Source: an uncultured bacterium (GTDB lineage: Bacteria; Fidelibacterota; Marinisomatia; Marinisomatales; TCS56). From it: DNA of 64,000 nt. Below, in pieces: positions 9,597-20,661 of this stretch. A program made the position numbers and the translations under genes. Where the stretch lies: assembly GCA_964628055.1 (NCBI GenBank), contig CAZVNL010000001.1:106170-170169 (forward strand), given 5' to 3'. The notes under the pieces are model-generated. The model did no database searches. It was given only the letters and a program-made list of their open reading frames with translations, and was not told the DNA's origin. The first letter of the stretch is position 1. Each line of letters begins with the position of its first letter.

Positions 9597-10418
9597 ATGG
9601 CTAATTTTTACGAAGAACTGAAAGCGCTGCGCGAACGTCAGAACATTGCTCTGGAAGAAATTCATGAGCGTACGAAAATCAACCTTAACTACCTCCAAGC
9701 GTTAGAAAAAGGTCAATTTGACGTATTACCGAAGACTTACGTCCGTTTATTTCTAAAAGCGTACGTGACGGAGATCGGGGGAGACGCGGAAGAAGCCCTC
9801 GACCAACTGGAGCGCTACTTAAGCGCCATGGAGGCCACCGCGGCACCTTTAACGAAAAAACCTGAAGTGGAGACGCCCGTTCCTGCCCCGGAAGAAACAC
9901 CGCCTCCGTTGCGACCACCCACTAAACTACGCTCCGACCTGGCAAAAGCGGCCGTTTTCCTGGTAGTCTTCCTCTTCGCCATCTATATCATTAAAAAAAT
10001 CAGTAGAGAAACCAGCGCCGCCGTGGGAGGGAATGGAACTCCCATCCTTTTAAAAGAAGTCTCTCCTGTTACGGAAACAATCCTACAGAACGAATTCCAG
10101 GAGTACATTCACCTCACCGATGCCATTGAACCGGAACCACCTTATACGGTAAGAATTGCTGCTCGCGAGCGACTCTGGTACCGTACATTAACCGACTCTA
10201 CCAACGAAACCGCCGGTATCCTCTCCGCAGGCGAGAGCCTAATGCGACCCTTTCAAGAAACCCTGGATTTGCTCATCAACCCCTCCGGTGCCATAAAATA
10301 TATTAAAATCAATGGCGTTGATTTTACCAAAATGGAACCAACTACCTACCCCTCCTGGATTGGCTTCCGAACCCAGACCAGAACAATTTCCATTCGTCAA
10401 TACATTCCCCAAAACTAA
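9597..10418 (+). CDS. rodZ: RodZ-like cytoskeleton/shape protein (HTH domain, TM helix, C-terminal DUF4115-like domain)
   Basis: N-terminal HTH (LKALRERQNIALEEIHERTKINLNYLQALEKGQFDVLP), a Pro-rich linker, and one TM helix (AAVFLVVFLFAIYII). The C-terminal beta domain is ...LWYRTLTD...INGVDF. Confidence 0.7.
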   Translation: MANFYEELKALRERQNIALEEIHERTKINLNYLQALEKGQFDVLPKTYVRLFLKAYVTEIGGDAEEALDQLERYLSAMEATAAPLTKKPEVETPVPAPEETPPPLRPPTKLRSDLAKAAVFLVVFLFAIYIIKKISRETSAAVGGNGTPILLKEVSPVTETILQNEFQEYIHLTDAIEPEPPYTVRIAARERLWYRTLTDSTNETAGILSAGESLMRPFQETLDLLINPSGAIKYIKINGVDFTKMEPTTYPSWIGFRTQTRTISIRQYIPQN

Positions 10419-10500
10419 CCCAGTTTAAACGACTCTCTTTCCTTAACCACTAACTACGGCGGTAAGGCTATCGTAGTCAGGAATATTCTATAAAAAAGTA

Positions 10501-10547
10501 TTGACACTGGTGGGTTGTTAGAAATACATTGTGGGTGATTGTGGGTA
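10501..10547 (+). promoter_or_regulatory. Candidate dcw (Pmra-like) promoter with GTGGG direct repeats (candidate MraZ operator)
   Basis: TTGACA at 10501-10506 and TACATT at 10525-10530 (18-nt spacer). GTGGG occurs at 10510-14, 10531-35 and 10541-45. The last two sit in a perfect tandem decamer ATTGTGGGTR x2 (10528-10547), about 25 nt upstream of the mraZ ATG. Confidence 0.45.
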
Positions 10548-10572
10548 ATCATCCCTATATTAATCCTTAGAA

Positions 10573-11037
10573 ATGACGCAAAAGAAAAACACATTCACCG
10601 GGGAATTTTTATACTCTATTGACCTGAAAGGTCGGGTCAATATCCCAGCCAAATTCCGGCAGGTTCTCTCCGATGACAATGAACAGACTTTCGTTGTCAC
10701 CCGGGGCATAGACCCCTGTGTTTGGGTATATCCCATCACGGTGTGGCAGGGCATTGAAGACGAACTGAAAAAACTATCTTCCCTTTCCGCCGTCAACCGC
10801 ACGTTTATTCGTCAAACGGCCCGGCATGCTACCATTACTACCTACGATAAACAGGGGCGCATACAAATCCCCACCACCCTAATTAAATATGCAGGCCTGG
10901 ATAAAGAAGTCCTTATCATCGGAATGATTAACAAGATCGAAATTTGGAATCCCGACCGTCTCCGGGTAGTGGATGAACAAAACCTTGGCATTGATCCCAG
11001 TGCTTATGATGAACTCGCTAACAAAATCATTATTTAA
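10573..11037 (+). CDS. mraZ: Transcriptional regulator MraZ
   Basis: 154 aa. Duplicated SpoVT/AbrB-like halves: FTGEFLYSIDLKGRVNIPAKFR and TYDKQGRIQIPTTLIKYAGL. First gene of the dcw cluster. Confidence 0.95.
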   Translation: MTQKKNTFTGEFLYSIDLKGRVNIPAKFRQVLSDDNEQTFVVTRGIDPCVWVYPITVWQGIEDELKKLSSLSAVNRTFIRQTARHATITTYDKQGRIQIPTTLIKYAGLDKEVLIIGMINKIEIWNPDRLRVVDEQNLGIDPSAYDELANKIII

Positions 11038-11936
11038 TGTTCCCGAAGGCTTCTTGGGATTCAGTTACCGACCATACGCCGGTTATGGTGAAGGAAGTAC
11101 TCCATTACTTAAACATTCTACCGGACGGAATCTACCTCGACGGTACGATCGGTCTCGGTGGGCACGCCACACAGATACTTTCCAGGTTATCAACGCAAGG
11201 AATGTTAATCGGTCTTGACCGGGATGAAGGGGCGCTTAACCGTTGTTCCTCCAAGTTTAGCGTCTCTTCATCCCCTTACTCTCTGTACCACGCTTCCTAC
11301 GACACCTTTCCCCAGATTTTGCAACAACTGGGAATACCCGGAGTAAACGGCATGTTGTTGGACCTGGGCCTTTCTTCTTTTCAATTAGCGTCACCTACCC
11401 GGGGCTTTTCCTACAGCAGTGACGGCCTTTTGGATATGCGTTTCGATGAACGGAGTTCCACCACAGCGGCTGACATCCTGAACCGGTCCAGTGTAAGAGA
11501 GTTAACCAATCTTTTTAATGAATACGGTGAGGAGCGTTACGCTTACCGCATTGCCCGCCGCATCAAAGAAAGGGGCACCGTCCAGTCCGTGGGTGATTTG
11601 AGAGCAGCCATCCGCCGGGCGACGCCCCCCCGGGGACGCCCCCGAGTTATGGCGCGGATTTTCCAGGCCCTGCGCATTGCCGTAAACCAGGAGCTCGATC
11701 GCTTGCAGGAGTTCTTAAATCAATTCATGGACTATCTCCTACCCCACGGACGTATCGTAATTCTCAGCTATCATTCCCTGGAAGATCGAATGGTAAAACA
11801 AACCTTCAGAGCCCTCCGCCAGGAAGGGAAGTTCACTATACTAACACCAAAACCCATTCCGCCGGGTGAGGCGGAGATTCAAGCGAATCCCCGAGCCAAG
11901 AGTGCCCGTCTAAGGGCAGGGGAGAAAACCGCATGA
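11037..11936 (+). CDS. rsmH: 16S rRNA (cytosine1402-N4)-methyltransferase RsmH
   Basis: 299 aa. HTPVMVKEVL..., DGTIGLGGHA, DLGLSSFQL, SYHSLEDRMVK and NPRAKSARLR motifs. TAATG overlap with mraZ. Confidence 0.95.
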   Translation: MFPKASWDSVTDHTPVMVKEVLHYLNILPDGIYLDGTIGLGGHATQILSRLSTQGMLIGLDRDEGALNRCSSKFSVSSSPYSLYHASYDTFPQILQQLGIPGVNGMLLDLGLSSFQLASPTRGFSYSSDGLLDMRFDERSSTTAADILNRSSVRELTNLFNEYGEERYAYRIARRIKERGTVQSVGDLRAAIRRATPPRGRPRVMARIFQALRIAVNQELDRLQEFLNQFMDYLLPHGRIVILSYHSLEDRMVKQTFRALRQEGKFTILTPKPIPPGEAEIQANPRAKSARLRAGEKTA

Positions 11937-12259
11937 GCCATCCCGTCAGAAAACATCGCCGATCTAAACGCCAACGGGAAATCCTGCAAACCCTGTCCTT
12001 TTTTCTAATCACAATTGCTTCCATTACCGGGCTGATCGTTTACCTATGGGTCTATACCGAAGTGGACGAGACCTTAATGAATATTAACGCGCAAAATGCC
12101 ACCGTGAGCGAATTAAACAACACGATCAAAAAACTCCAAAGTGATATTGCCCGTTTATCCCGCGTGGATAGAATCACTCGCGTGGCACGGGAGGAATTGG
12201 GTATGGTCAATACCCAGCCAGAATCTATCGCGGTTTATGTACCTGAGAACTACAATTAG
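11933..12259 (+). CDS. ftsL: Cell division protein FtsL-like (bitopic, coiled coil)
   Basis: 108 aa with a basic N-terminus, one TM helix (LSFFLITIASITGLIVYLWV) and a short coiled coil. It sits in the canonical position between rsmH and ftsI, with an ATGA overlap. Confidence 0.75.
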   Translation: MSHPVRKHRRSKRQREILQTLSFFLITIASITGLIVYLWVYTEVDETLMNINAQNATVSELNNTIKKLQSDIARLSRVDRITRVAREELGMVNTQPESIAVYVPENYN

Positions 12260-12268
12260 GAACGGGCT

Positions 12269-14251
12269 ATGACGAGAACCTACTTAAAGTTCCGTTCCCG
12301 AATTATTCTGATCTCGTCGATCATAATCCTGTTCTGGTTTACCCTCGCCGTGCGCTTATTCCAGATTCAAATCATTAATGGAGCTACCTACCGCCAACAG
12401 GGCTACCAACAAGCCCAGGCGCAAATTCCCCTTCCCGCCGTCCGGGGGAATATCTTTGATCGTAACAACCAACCTTTTACCCAAAACCTGGTCTATTATT
12501 CCATCGGCGTGCACCCGCAAAAAGTCACCGAACCGGAGAATCTGGCTCAGTTACTCAGTTCCGGTACCAGCCGACCCGTCGAACTCTATCTGAAAAGACT
12601 CGCTTCTTCCAAACCCTTCGTTTACCTGGAACGCAATCTCCGAAAGGAGGAATGTGAACCCTTATTATCGCATTCTGAACTGGGAGTTATCATAGAGCGC
12701 CACGCCAAACGCTATTACCCCCACGAAACTATCGGCTCGCAAGTCATTGGCTTCACCGACATGGACAACCGCGGGGTGGCGGGTATCGAAAAACGGTTTG
12801 ACCAATATTTAAAAGGGCAGAACGGGTGGGTTTACCGACAGCGCAACGGGAAAGGACTTACCAAACCAAAAAACGGGTTTCCCGTTAAACCGCCCATCGA
12901 TGGGGCCAACATTCAACTCACCATTGACCTTGATTATCAGACGGTCCTTCAGGAAGAATTGCTCCGAAGATTAGAAGAGACTGGTGCCAGGACCGCCCTT
13001 GGTGTCCTCATGGACCCCCAGACTGGCGACCTACTGGCCATGGCGTCAATCCCGGATTATAATCCCAATCGGGTTTCCGAATACGATGTGGAATACCAGA
13101 AGAACCGTACCATCACCGACCAGTTTGAACCAGGTTCTACCTTTAAAATCGTCGTTACAACAGCAGCCCTGGCCTTGAATACCGTAAGCATCAGTCAGGA
13201 ATTCAACTGTGAGAATGGCAGTTACCAGTTCGCTGGGAAAGTAATTAAAGACTGGGACGAGTTCGGCGTGCTGACCCTTCCTCAAATCATCGAGAATTCC
13301 AGCAACGTGGGGGTAATTAAAATTGCCAAAACGGTGGGGCCGGTAAATCTCTATCGTTACTGTCGCGACTTTGGATTCGGAACCCCGACGAATATTAACT
13401 TGATTGGGGAAAGTCCGGGGACCCTTCACAAAACCAGCGAATGGAGTGAGATTTCTCTCGCGGAGGTATCCCTGGGGCATGAAGTGGGTGTTACTGCCTT
13501 GCAGTTAGCCGCGGCCTATGCTGCCGTGGCCAATGGGGGCTTCCTCATGCGGCCGCGCATTATTAAACAGATTGTTTCACCTGATAATAAGGTCCTCTAC
13601 CAGGAACATCCTGAAGTCATTCGTAAAGTTGCCTCCCGCGAGGTGATGGAAACCCTAACGAGTATGCTCCTGCGGGCAGTAAAGACGGGCACGGGGGAAA
13701 AAGCGAACATCCCCGGTTGGTTCATCGCCGGAAAAACGGGAACAGCGCAAAAATTTATTGATGGCGAGTATTCCAACAAGAAATTCATCTCCAGCTTCGC
13801 CGGGTTTTTCCCCGGCAATGACCCGCGGATCGTAGGGGTCTTTATCCTTAACGAACCTCAAGTCGGCTACCACTGGGGAGGTGTAGGCGCGGCGCCTCTG
13901 TTCCGACGAGTTATAGAACGCATCATTAACATGGACGATTCGCTGCAACCCAATGCGAAACCTATTTCAAAACCGCGTAACTATCTGGTAGAGAACATCC
14001 CCGAACCTGCTTTGAGGCCGTCTTTAGCAACTCAAATGAGAATCGTGAACAATACGCTCCAGGATCAACCAGCACCTATCGGTAGCATCGTACCAGATGT
14101 ACGGGGTATGAGCCTACGGAAAGCCAAGATGACGCTGCGTATGGCAGAGTTAAAATCCCGATTCACCGGTTCTGGAACGGTCTATTGGCAGAGCCCCAAA
14201 CCAGGAACAAAAGTTACTCCGGGCGCTATATGTACCATAGGTTTAAAATGA
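12269..14251 (+). CDS. ftsI: Peptidoglycan D,D-transpeptidase FtsI (class B PBP) with C-terminal PASTA domain
   Basis: 660 aa. SxxK (GSTFK), SxN (SSN) and KTG (GKTGTAQ) motifs and an N-terminal TM anchor. The last roughly 60 aa, [52 protein letters not shown], fit the PASTA pattern. Confidence 0.93.
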   Translation: MTRTYLKFRSRIILISSIIILFWFTLAVRLFQIQIINGATYRQQGYQQAQAQIPLPAVRGNIFDRNNQPFTQNLVYYSIGVHPQKVTEPENLAQLLSSGTSRPVELYLKRLASSKPFVYLERNLRKEECEPLLSHSELGVIIERHAKRYYPHETIGSQVIGFTDMDNRGVAGIEKRFDQYLKGQNGWVYRQRNGKGLTKPKNGFPVKPPIDGANIQLTIDLDYQTVLQEELLRRLEETGARTALGVLMDPQTGDLLAMASIPDYNPNRVSEYDVEYQKNRTITDQFEPGSTFKIVVTTAALALNTVSISQEFNCENGSYQFAGKVIKDWDEFGVLTLPQIIENSSNVGVIKIAKTVGPVNLYRYCRDFGFGTPTNINLIGESPGTLHKTSEWSEISLAEVSLGHEVGVTALQLAAAYAAVANGGFLMRPRIIKQIVSPDNKVLYQEHPEVIRKVASREVMETLTSMLLRAVKTGTGEKANIPGWFIAGKTGTAQKFIDGEYSNKKFISSFAGFFPGNDPRIVGVFILNEPQVGYHWGGVGAAPLFRRVIERIINMDDSLQPNAKPISKPRNYLVENIPEPALRPSLATQMRIVNNTLQDQPAPIGSIVPDVRGMSLRKAKMTLRMAELKSRFTGSGTVYWQSPKPGTKVTPGAICTIGLK

Positions 14252-15708
14252 AGCGGACGCTCGATCAGATCACGGCTGACATTATTGCCGAACGTAAATC
14301 CATCCCTTCTATCGCCGTTCGTGGGATCGCCATCCACTCCGACGAAGTTCAACCCGGTGACCTCTTCGTCGCTATTCCAGGGACGAATTGCGATGGCCAC
14401 GACTTCATCCCCCAGGCGCTTGCCAAGGGCGCTGTAGCCATCCTCTCCAACGGACGCGACCTGGAATCTCTCCCCGTTCCCCAGATTAAAAGCCCCAACC
14501 CCCGGCAAGCCTTGTCGAAAGTCGCTGCCGCCTTTTATCGTTATCCTTCCCGGGACCTCACTGTTGTGGGAATCACCGGCACCAATGGGAAAACTACAAC
14601 TGCTTCTATCTTAACCCATATTCTAAACCAGGCTGGTTACAAAGTGGCGCAGGTGGGAACCTTGGGCGTCATCGCGGAAGGTTTCTCCCGGGAGAAAACG
14701 CTCACTACTCCCGATGCTGTCGCCTTGCAAAAACTATTTTATCACCTTGGAAAAGAACATTTTACCCACGTGGTCATGGAGGTCTCTTCCCATGCCATCG
14801 ATCAATACCGGGTGGCTGATGTTGATTTCAACTACTGTGCATTCACCAACCTAACCCCGGAACACCTGGACTACCACGGCACCATGGAGGCGTATTACCA
14901 TACTAAGGCCAAGTTGTTTAAATCCTTACCCATTACCGCCACCGCAGTCGTGAATATCACCGCGGCTTATGGTAAACAAATGGTCACGGAAAGTCGAGCA
15001 CCGGTGGTCACCACCTCCATGGACCCCACGCAGGGTGATATTCATTTCACAGAAATAAAAGTCACATTGGAGGGTATCGAAGGATACCTTCAGGCTGGAG
15101 AGCACACTTTATGCATACAAGCACCTTTTACGGGCACCTTTAATGCCGAAAATATCCTTACAGCGGTTGGTGTGGCTATTACCATGGGCCTACCGGAAAA
15201 TGCCATCGAAGCAGGTTTGCGCACCTGTCCACCGGTACCGGGACGCATGGAAACGTTTCGCACTCCTACCGGGGGAACAGTCATCCTCGATTATGCCCAC
15301 ACCCCCGATGCGTACGAAAAGGTGTTGAGTACCCTTCAAGCCCTTCGTCAAGAAGGGGGTAAGATGACGGTATTATTCGGCGGGGGTGGCAATCGAGATA
15401 CTGCTAACCGGCCCCAAATGGCTGCTATCGCTGAAAAATATGCTACCCGTTGTATCATCACACCCGATAATCCCCGCTATGAACCCCTCGACGAAATTAA
15501 CCGTGATATTATTCAGGGATTCACGCGTCCCTGTTATACCCTTTACCAGGATCGCGGAACGGCCTTGCAGGAAGCTTTGGCTATTCTACGCGCTAAGGAT
15601 ATCCTGGTTGTGTTAGGGAAAGGCAGGGAAAATTACCAAGAGGTCCAGGGTGTGAGGATGTTTTATTCTGATGTAGAGATTATTAGACGGTACTGTGATG
15701 CGGATTGA
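14248..15708 (+). CDS. murE: UDP-N-acetylmuramoyl-L-alanyl-D-glutamate--2,6-diaminopimelate ligase MurE
   Basis: [12 protein letters not shown]-loop and a DNPR motif (PDNPRYEP) characteristic of meso-DAP-adding MurE. I set the start at ATG 14248 (ATGA overlap with the ftsI stop) rather than the tracked 14185. Confidence 0.93.
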   Translation: MKRTLDQITADIIAERKSIPSIAVRGIAIHSDEVQPGDLFVAIPGTNCDGHDFIPQALAKGAVAILSNGRDLESLPVPQIKSPNPRQALSKVAAAFYRYPSRDLTVVGITGTNGKTTTASILTHILNQAGYKVAQVGTLGVIAEGFSREKTLTTPDAVALQKLFYHLGKEHFTHVVMEVSSHAIDQYRVADVDFNYCAFTNLTPEHLDYHGTMEAYYHTKAKLFKSLPITATAVVNITAAYGKQMVTESRAPVVTTSMDPTQGDIHFTEIKVTLEGIEGYLQAGEHTLCIQAPFTGTFNAENILTAVGVAITMGLPENAIEAGLRTCPPVPGRMETFRTPTGGTVILDYAHTPDAYEKVLSTLQALRQEGGKMTVLFGGGGNRDTANRPQMAAIAEKYATRCIITPDNPRYEPLDEINRDIIQGFTRPCYTLYQDRGTALQEALAILRAKDILVVLGKGRENYQEVQGVRMFYSDVEIIRRYCDAD

Positions 15709-17038
15709 CCTACACGATCCCGCTCGTTTTCAAAACGTCTTTCAACAGGTCACCAATAAAAAACTACCGGTAAAGGTCACCGGCATCGCCACCGACAGTC
15801 GCGAATGTCGGTCTGGAGATCTCTACGTTGCTCTTCGAGGCGAGCGCGTGGACGGGCATGATTTCATCGCCGATGCTGCCCGGCATGGGGCCGTCCTGGC
15901 CTTAGTGGCTCATGACAGTTCCCCCGGCGAAATACCAATTCTCCTGGTGGAAAGTCCCCGGAAAACCGTTGGTCTGGTAGCACGGGCCTGGCGCCAGCAA
16001 TTTTCCATTCCCATCCTCGCCATTACGGGTTCCAACGGTAAGACATCCACTAAAGATTTACTGAAACACCTCTTGCAACCCCTTCATACGGTACATGCCA
16101 CCCGCGGGAGTTACAACACGTCCATTGGATTGCCCCTTACTTTACTGGAGTTAGGTCCAGTACATACGTTTTCCCTTATAGAAATGGGGGCCAACCAGCC
16201 TAACGATATTTCCTACCTTTGTTCCATTTGTGAACCGAGTCACGGGCTCATCACCAATATTGCTCCGGCCCACTTGGCTGGCTTCGGGACGATAGACCAG
16301 ATCACCCACACCAAAGGGGTCCTGTTCATGGCGGTGGCAGATGGAATCGCCTTTGTCAATTTAGCGGACGAATGGGTGCGAAAACTCCCCATTGCTGGGG
16401 AAAAGATTTCCTATGGCCTCACTCCCGACTGTGATTTCCCTGCTGACTTGCATACGGAGGCTGATGGAACGATTACACTCACCATTGACGCCCACGAAAT
16501 CCGTACTAACTCATCTAATCTCACCTTCGCGAAAAATGTCATCGCCGCTTCGGCAGTGGCTATTACCTTGGGGTTAGATTGGGATACCTTTCAGCGACAG
16601 ATCAACAGCTACCAACCCACCCAGGGACGGTGCACGGTTCAGCAGTGGAACAAGATTACAATTATTGACGATACGTATAACGCCAATCTGACATCTACGC
16701 TGGCAGCGCTGGACTATCTCACTGCTCTGCGGGGCAATGGAAGGCGAATCTTCGTCTTCGGTGATATGTTTGAATTGGGAAATCAGGCGGCTACCTATCA
16801 CCACCAAGTGGGTGAAAAATGCTCCCAACTTCCCCTTGATGCCGTGTTCACCATTGGTAAGGAAACCGTTGCCACTGACCAGGCCATCACGCAGGTTCCC
16901 CACCACATACACTACGAAACAAAAGACGAATTGTCCCGGGCATTACGGGCCTTTTTAAAACCTCAAGACAAAGTATTAATCAAAGGTTCCCGGGGTATGG
17001 CTATGGAAACAATCATCCAAGCTTTGGTGAACGGCTGA
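15695..17038 (+). CDS. murF: UDP-N-acetylmuramoyl-tripeptide--D-alanyl-D-alanine ligase MurF
   Basis: 447 aa. [12 protein letters not shown]-loop and the IDDTYNANL motif. Canonical position. The start is GTG 15695 or ATG 15698. Confidence 0.93.
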   Translation: MMRIDLHDPARFQNVFQQVTNKKLPVKVTGIATDSRECRSGDLYVALRGERVDGHDFIADAARHGAVLALVAHDSSPGEIPILLVESPRKTVGLVARAWRQQFSIPILAITGSNGKTSTKDLLKHLLQPLHTVHATRGSYNTSIGLPLTLLELGPVHTFSLIEMGANQPNDISYLCSICEPSHGLITNIAPAHLAGFGTIDQITHTKGVLFMAVADGIAFVNLADEWVRKLPIAGEKISYGLTPDCDFPADLHTEADGTITLTIDAHEIRTNSSNLTFAKNVIAASAVAITLGLDWDTFQRQINSYQPTQGRCTVQQWNKITIIDDTYNANLTSTLAALDYLTALRGNGRRIFVFGDMFELGNQAATYHHQVGEKCSQLPLDAVFTIGKETVATDQAITQVPHHIHYETKDELSRALRAFLKPQDKVLIKGSRGMAMETIIQALVNG

Positions 17039-18141
17039 TGCTCTATCACTACCTTTACCCGTTACGAGCCTATTTTTCGCCGTTCAACTTGTTTCAATAT
17101 ATCACCTTTCGCGCGGCCAGCGCCGCCATTTTAGCTTTACTCATCAGCTTCCTCATCGGGCCCTGGATTATCCACAAACTACGAACTCACCAAATCGGTG
17201 AGGAGATACGCCCTACAGGGCCTGAATCCCACCACAAAAAAAAGGGCACGCCAACCATGGGGGGGATCATGATCCTCGGAGCAGTGATCCTCCCTACCCT
17301 CCTTTTGGCAGATCTGGCCAATGTTTATATCCAGATCACCCTGGTCGCTATCCTATGGATGGGGGCCATCGGTTTCCTGGACGATTACCTAAAGGTCATC
17401 AAAAAAAAGCAGAAAGGGCTGATTGCACGCTACAAGTTGGCGGGCCAAATCCTCTTGGGATTGGTCATCAGTTACTGGATCTACCAAATCCCGGAGTTTG
17501 AATCTTTTCGTACTGGCACCAGTGTTCCCTTCTTGAAAAACGTTGAATTGGATTGGGGTTTCTTTTATCCCCTCGTGGTTATTTTGGTAATCACCGGTAC
17601 CTCCAATGGGGTGAACATCGCCGATGGGTTGGACGGTTTGGCGGCCGGTTTGCTGGCGATCTGTTTCACCGTTTTCGCCGCTATCGCCTACATCAGCGGC
17701 CGCGTGGACTTCTCCAGCTATTTGAACATCATTTATCTGCCGGGAGCCGGTGAACTCACTATTTTTACTGCCGCCATTGCTGGGGCTTGCTTAGGGTATT
17801 TGTGGTTCAACGCCGCACCAGCCGAAGTATTCATGGGCGATATTGGCTCTCTCTCTACGGGAGCGGCATTAGGTACCATGGCGCTCCTACTAAAAAAGGA
17901 ACTACTCCTCTTCATCATCGGGGGAGTCTTCGTATGGGAATCCCTCTCGGTGATCCTCCAGATAGGTTATTTCCGGTGGACCCGCAAACGCAACGGGACC
18001 GGGCAGCGATTATTTAAAATGGCGCCCATTCATCACCATTTCGAATTGAAGGGCTGGCCTGAGTCCCGGGTGGTCATTCGTTTCTGGATCATCGGTATTT
18101 TACTGGCGCTCTTTTCCTTAACCACCTTCAAAATTAGATGA
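17038..18141 (+). CDS. mraY: Phospho-N-acetylmuramoyl-pentapeptide transferase MraY
   Basis: 367 aa, polytopic. KKGTPTMGG, GFLDDY, NGVNIADGLDGLA and MAPIHHHFE motifs. Confidence 0.96.
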   Translation: MLYHYLYPLRAYFSPFNLFQYITFRAASAAILALLISFLIGPWIIHKLRTHQIGEEIRPTGPESHHKKKGTPTMGGIMILGAVILPTLLLADLANVYIQITLVAILWMGAIGFLDDYLKVIKKKQKGLIARYKLAGQILLGLVISYWIYQIPEFESFRTGTSVPFLKNVELDWGFFYPLVVILVITGTSNGVNIADGLDGLAAGLLAICFTVFAAIAYISGRVDFSSYLNIIYLPGAGELTIFTAAIAGACLGYLWFNAAPAEVFMGDIGSLSTGAALGTMALLLKKELLLFIIGGVFVWESLSVILQIGYFRWTRKRNGTGQRLFKMAPIHHHFELKGWPESRVVIRFWIIGILLALFSLTTFKIR

Positions 18142-19523
18142 CACCGTTGCAACCAATGGATATCAAGGACAGACGCGTTACCATTCTGGGGATGGCGAAA
18201 AGTGGTATCGCTGCAGCACAGTTAGCCAAAACCCTGGGAGCGGAAGTTTTCATCAGCGACCAACAATCCTCTCCCGAGCTAAAAGCGCGCTTAGCGAGCC
18301 TCAATAAACAAGATATTCCCGGGGAGATTGGCGGACACAGTAAGCGAATCTTTGAGGCTAATTTGTGGGTTCTCTCCCCAGGTGTACCCAAGGAATCCAA
18401 AGTGGTGCAAGCTGCTCTTCGAAACAATATCGACGTCGTGGGAGAGATCGAATTCGCCAGTTGGTTCACTACCGCGCCTATCTTGGCCGTTACGGGATCC
18501 AACGGCAAAACCACCACCGTTAACATCCTGGCCCGCATGTGCCAAACTTCCGAAGTGCAAGCCACTTTAGCGGGAAATGTGGGCATTCCTTTCTCTCAAA
18601 AAGTACGGGAAGATTTACAGTCACCAGAACCCAAACGGGTGTTTGTCCTGGAAATCTCCAGTTTCCAGATGGAGTTCGTCCGACGCTTTCGCCCACAGGT
18701 GGCCCTTTATCTCAACATCACTCCCGATCATTTAAACCGCCACCCTTCCATGGAGGCTTACGTCCAGGTAAAATTAAATATGGTCCGCAACCAAACAGAC
18801 CGGGACTACCTCGTTTATAATGCTGACGACCCGTTCCTCAGGGAGTGTTTTCGGACCGGCACGGCAAACAGAGTTCCGTTCAGTCTGGGAACGGTTGCCG
18901 GGGCCCCATTTTCCCTGAATGCCACCAAAATTTACACCTCAACCCACGAACCCCTCATTGAACTAAAGGAAATTCTCCTGCCAGGGAAACACAATCTCTC
19001 TAACCTATTAGGGGCGGCAACGGCCGCGCAGGTGTTTGGAATTCCTACGCCACAAATTGCCGACACCATGCGGACTTTCCGGGGTATCCCTCACCGCCTG
19101 GAACCCGCTGGCACCCTTGATGGCATCACCTTTATCAACGACTCCAAGGCTACCAACGTGGAGGCGGTAAAAGTGGCCCTGGCGAGTTACTCCCAACCCA
19201 TTATCCTCATCTTAGGAGGTCTGGATAAAGGGGGCGACTTTGGAGCACTCCTTCCTCATACCAAGCAAAAAGTCAAAGAAGTCTTGGCTATCGGCCAAGC
19301 ACGGGAAAAGATCTCAACGGTATTCAGGGATGCGGTAAGATCGATCGCGGTGACCGATCTTAAAAAAGCCGTTGAGATCGCTCATCGGCACGCTGTTCCT
19401 GGGGACATAATTCTATTGTCCCCAGGATGTGCCAGCTTTGACCAATTCACCAACTACGAAGAACGTGGGGAAGTGTTCAAAACTTTCGTGAAACAGTTAG
19501 GTGCAACCCTTGATGTATCTTAA
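18138..19523 (+). CDS. murD: UDP-N-acetylmuramoylalanine--D-glutamate ligase MurD
   Basis: 461 aa. VTGSNGKTTT P-loop, NDSKATN, and an N-terminal Rossmann segment (ILGMAKSGIAAA). Confidence 0.93.
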   Translation: MTPLQPMDIKDRRVTILGMAKSGIAAAQLAKTLGAEVFISDQQSSPELKARLASLNKQDIPGEIGGHSKRIFEANLWVLSPGVPKESKVVQAALRNNIDVVGEIEFASWFTTAPILAVTGSNGKTTTVNILARMCQTSEVQATLAGNVGIPFSQKVREDLQSPEPKRVFVLEISSFQMEFVRRFRPQVALYLNITPDHLNRHPSMEAYVQVKLNMVRNQTDRDYLVYNADDPFLRECFRTGTANRVPFSLGTVAGAPFSLNATKIYTSTHEPLIELKEILLPGKHNLSNLLGAATAAQVFGIPTPQIADTMRTFRGIPHRLEPAGTLDGITFINDSKATNVEAVKVALASYSQPIILILGGLDKGGDFGALLPHTKQKVKEVLAIGQAREKISTVFRDAVRSIAVTDLKKAVEIAHRHAVPGDIILLSPGCASFDQFTNYEERGEVFKTFVKQLGATLDVS

Positions 19524-20661
19524 CATTACGATCAAGAAGTACGATCGCCTCCTCTTAGGAGCCATTGTCCTGCTGTGCATCGTTGGGACGGTTATGCTCT
19601 TTAGCGCCAGCATTTCCCTTTCCCTCGAAGAGACCCAGGGACAACGGGATATGGTGTACCTCCAGGCCCACCTGAGACGCTTGCTAATCGGGTTTATAGC
19701 CCTGGGCTTTTTTCTCCTGCTGGACTATCGTTATCTAAAACACCTTGCCCTTTACGCCTTGATTGGTACCATCGTTATCCTGATCCTCACCAAAGGAATC
19801 TCGCTCCTCAAGGGACAGAGTTTCCCCGCCCGGTGGCTGTTTGTGGGTCCCTTTTCCATCCAAACCTCTGAGATTGCCCGACTGGCCCTCATCATTTACC
19901 TGGCCAGCTACCTGGACCGGAAACGGGAAGCTATAAAAAACTTTACGGAAGGTTTTTTGCCTCCCGTATTGATCATTGGGTTAGTCGTAGCACTCATCGT
20001 GATCCAACCTGACTTCAGCACGGCTGCTATGATGGCGCTTTTGGGGTTCACCATGCTGTATATTGGGGGAGCTCGGTTCCCCCATCTATTGGCTACCGCC
20101 ACCACCTCCCTGCTGGTAATGGTCCCCGTGATGCTCTTAAAACCCTATCGAATTAAACGCATTCTGTCCTATTTCCGTCCCGATTCGGTGAGCGCCGAAG
20201 ACCTGTACCAGATAAAACAATCTCTCATTAGCATTGGTAATGGTGGCCTGTTTGGCCTGGGGTTGGGGAATAGCCTGGGTAAAGACCTTTTCCTTCCCAC
20301 TCCCCACACAGACTTTATTTTCGCCATCATCGGGGAGGAAACCGGCTTCATCGGGGCCATGTTGGTGATTACCCTCTTCCTCTTCATTTTTCAACGGGGA
20401 ATCAAAATCGCCAAGGATTGCACCGACCCTTTTGGCGTTCTACTGGCCATTGGAATTGTCTTTTCTTTCGTGAGTTACGCTTTCATCAATGCGGCGGTAG
20501 TCACTTCACTGCTACCCACGACGGGCTTGCCCATGCCGTTCATTAGTTACGGGGGTTCAGGCCTGGTAATTAACATGGTAAGCATGGGAATCCTGCTCAA
20601 TATTAGCCAGTCAAAACGGTCCATTGCCCGCCCACCCTGGAGACAACGACAATATGAATGA
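19501..20661 (+). CDS. ftsW: Peptidoglycan glycosyltransferase / lipid II flippase FtsW (SEDS family)
   Basis: 386 aa, about 10 TM helices. QPSEIA-like (QTSEIARLAL), HTDFIFA and PFISYGGS motifs. Confidence 0.93.
   Translation: MQPLMYLNITIKKYDRLLLGAIVLLCIVGTVMLFSASISLSLEETQGQRDMVYLQAHLRRLLIGFIALGFFLLLDYRYLKHLALYALIGTIVILILTKGISLLKGQSFPARWLFVGPFSIQTSEIARLALIIYLASYLDRKREAIKNFTEGFLPPVLIIGLVVALIVIQPDFSTAAMMALLGFTMLYIGGARFPHLLATATTSLLVMVPVMLLKPYRIKRILSYFRPDSVSAEDLYQIKQSLISIGNGGLFGLGLGNSLGKDLFLPTPHTDFIFAIIGEETGFIGAMLVITLFLFIFQRGIKIAKDCTDPFGVLLAIGIVFSFVSYAFINAAVVTSLLPTTGLPMPFISYGGSGLVINMVSMGILLNISQSKRSIARPPWRQRQYE

Noticed and set aside
20624-20653. 10-codon N-terminal extension of murG (MPAHPGDNDN)
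   Set aside because: It lies inside ftsW. The canonical MurG N-terminus (ILIAGGGTGGH) follows ATG 20654, which forms an overlapping stop/start with ftsW like the other dcw junctions.
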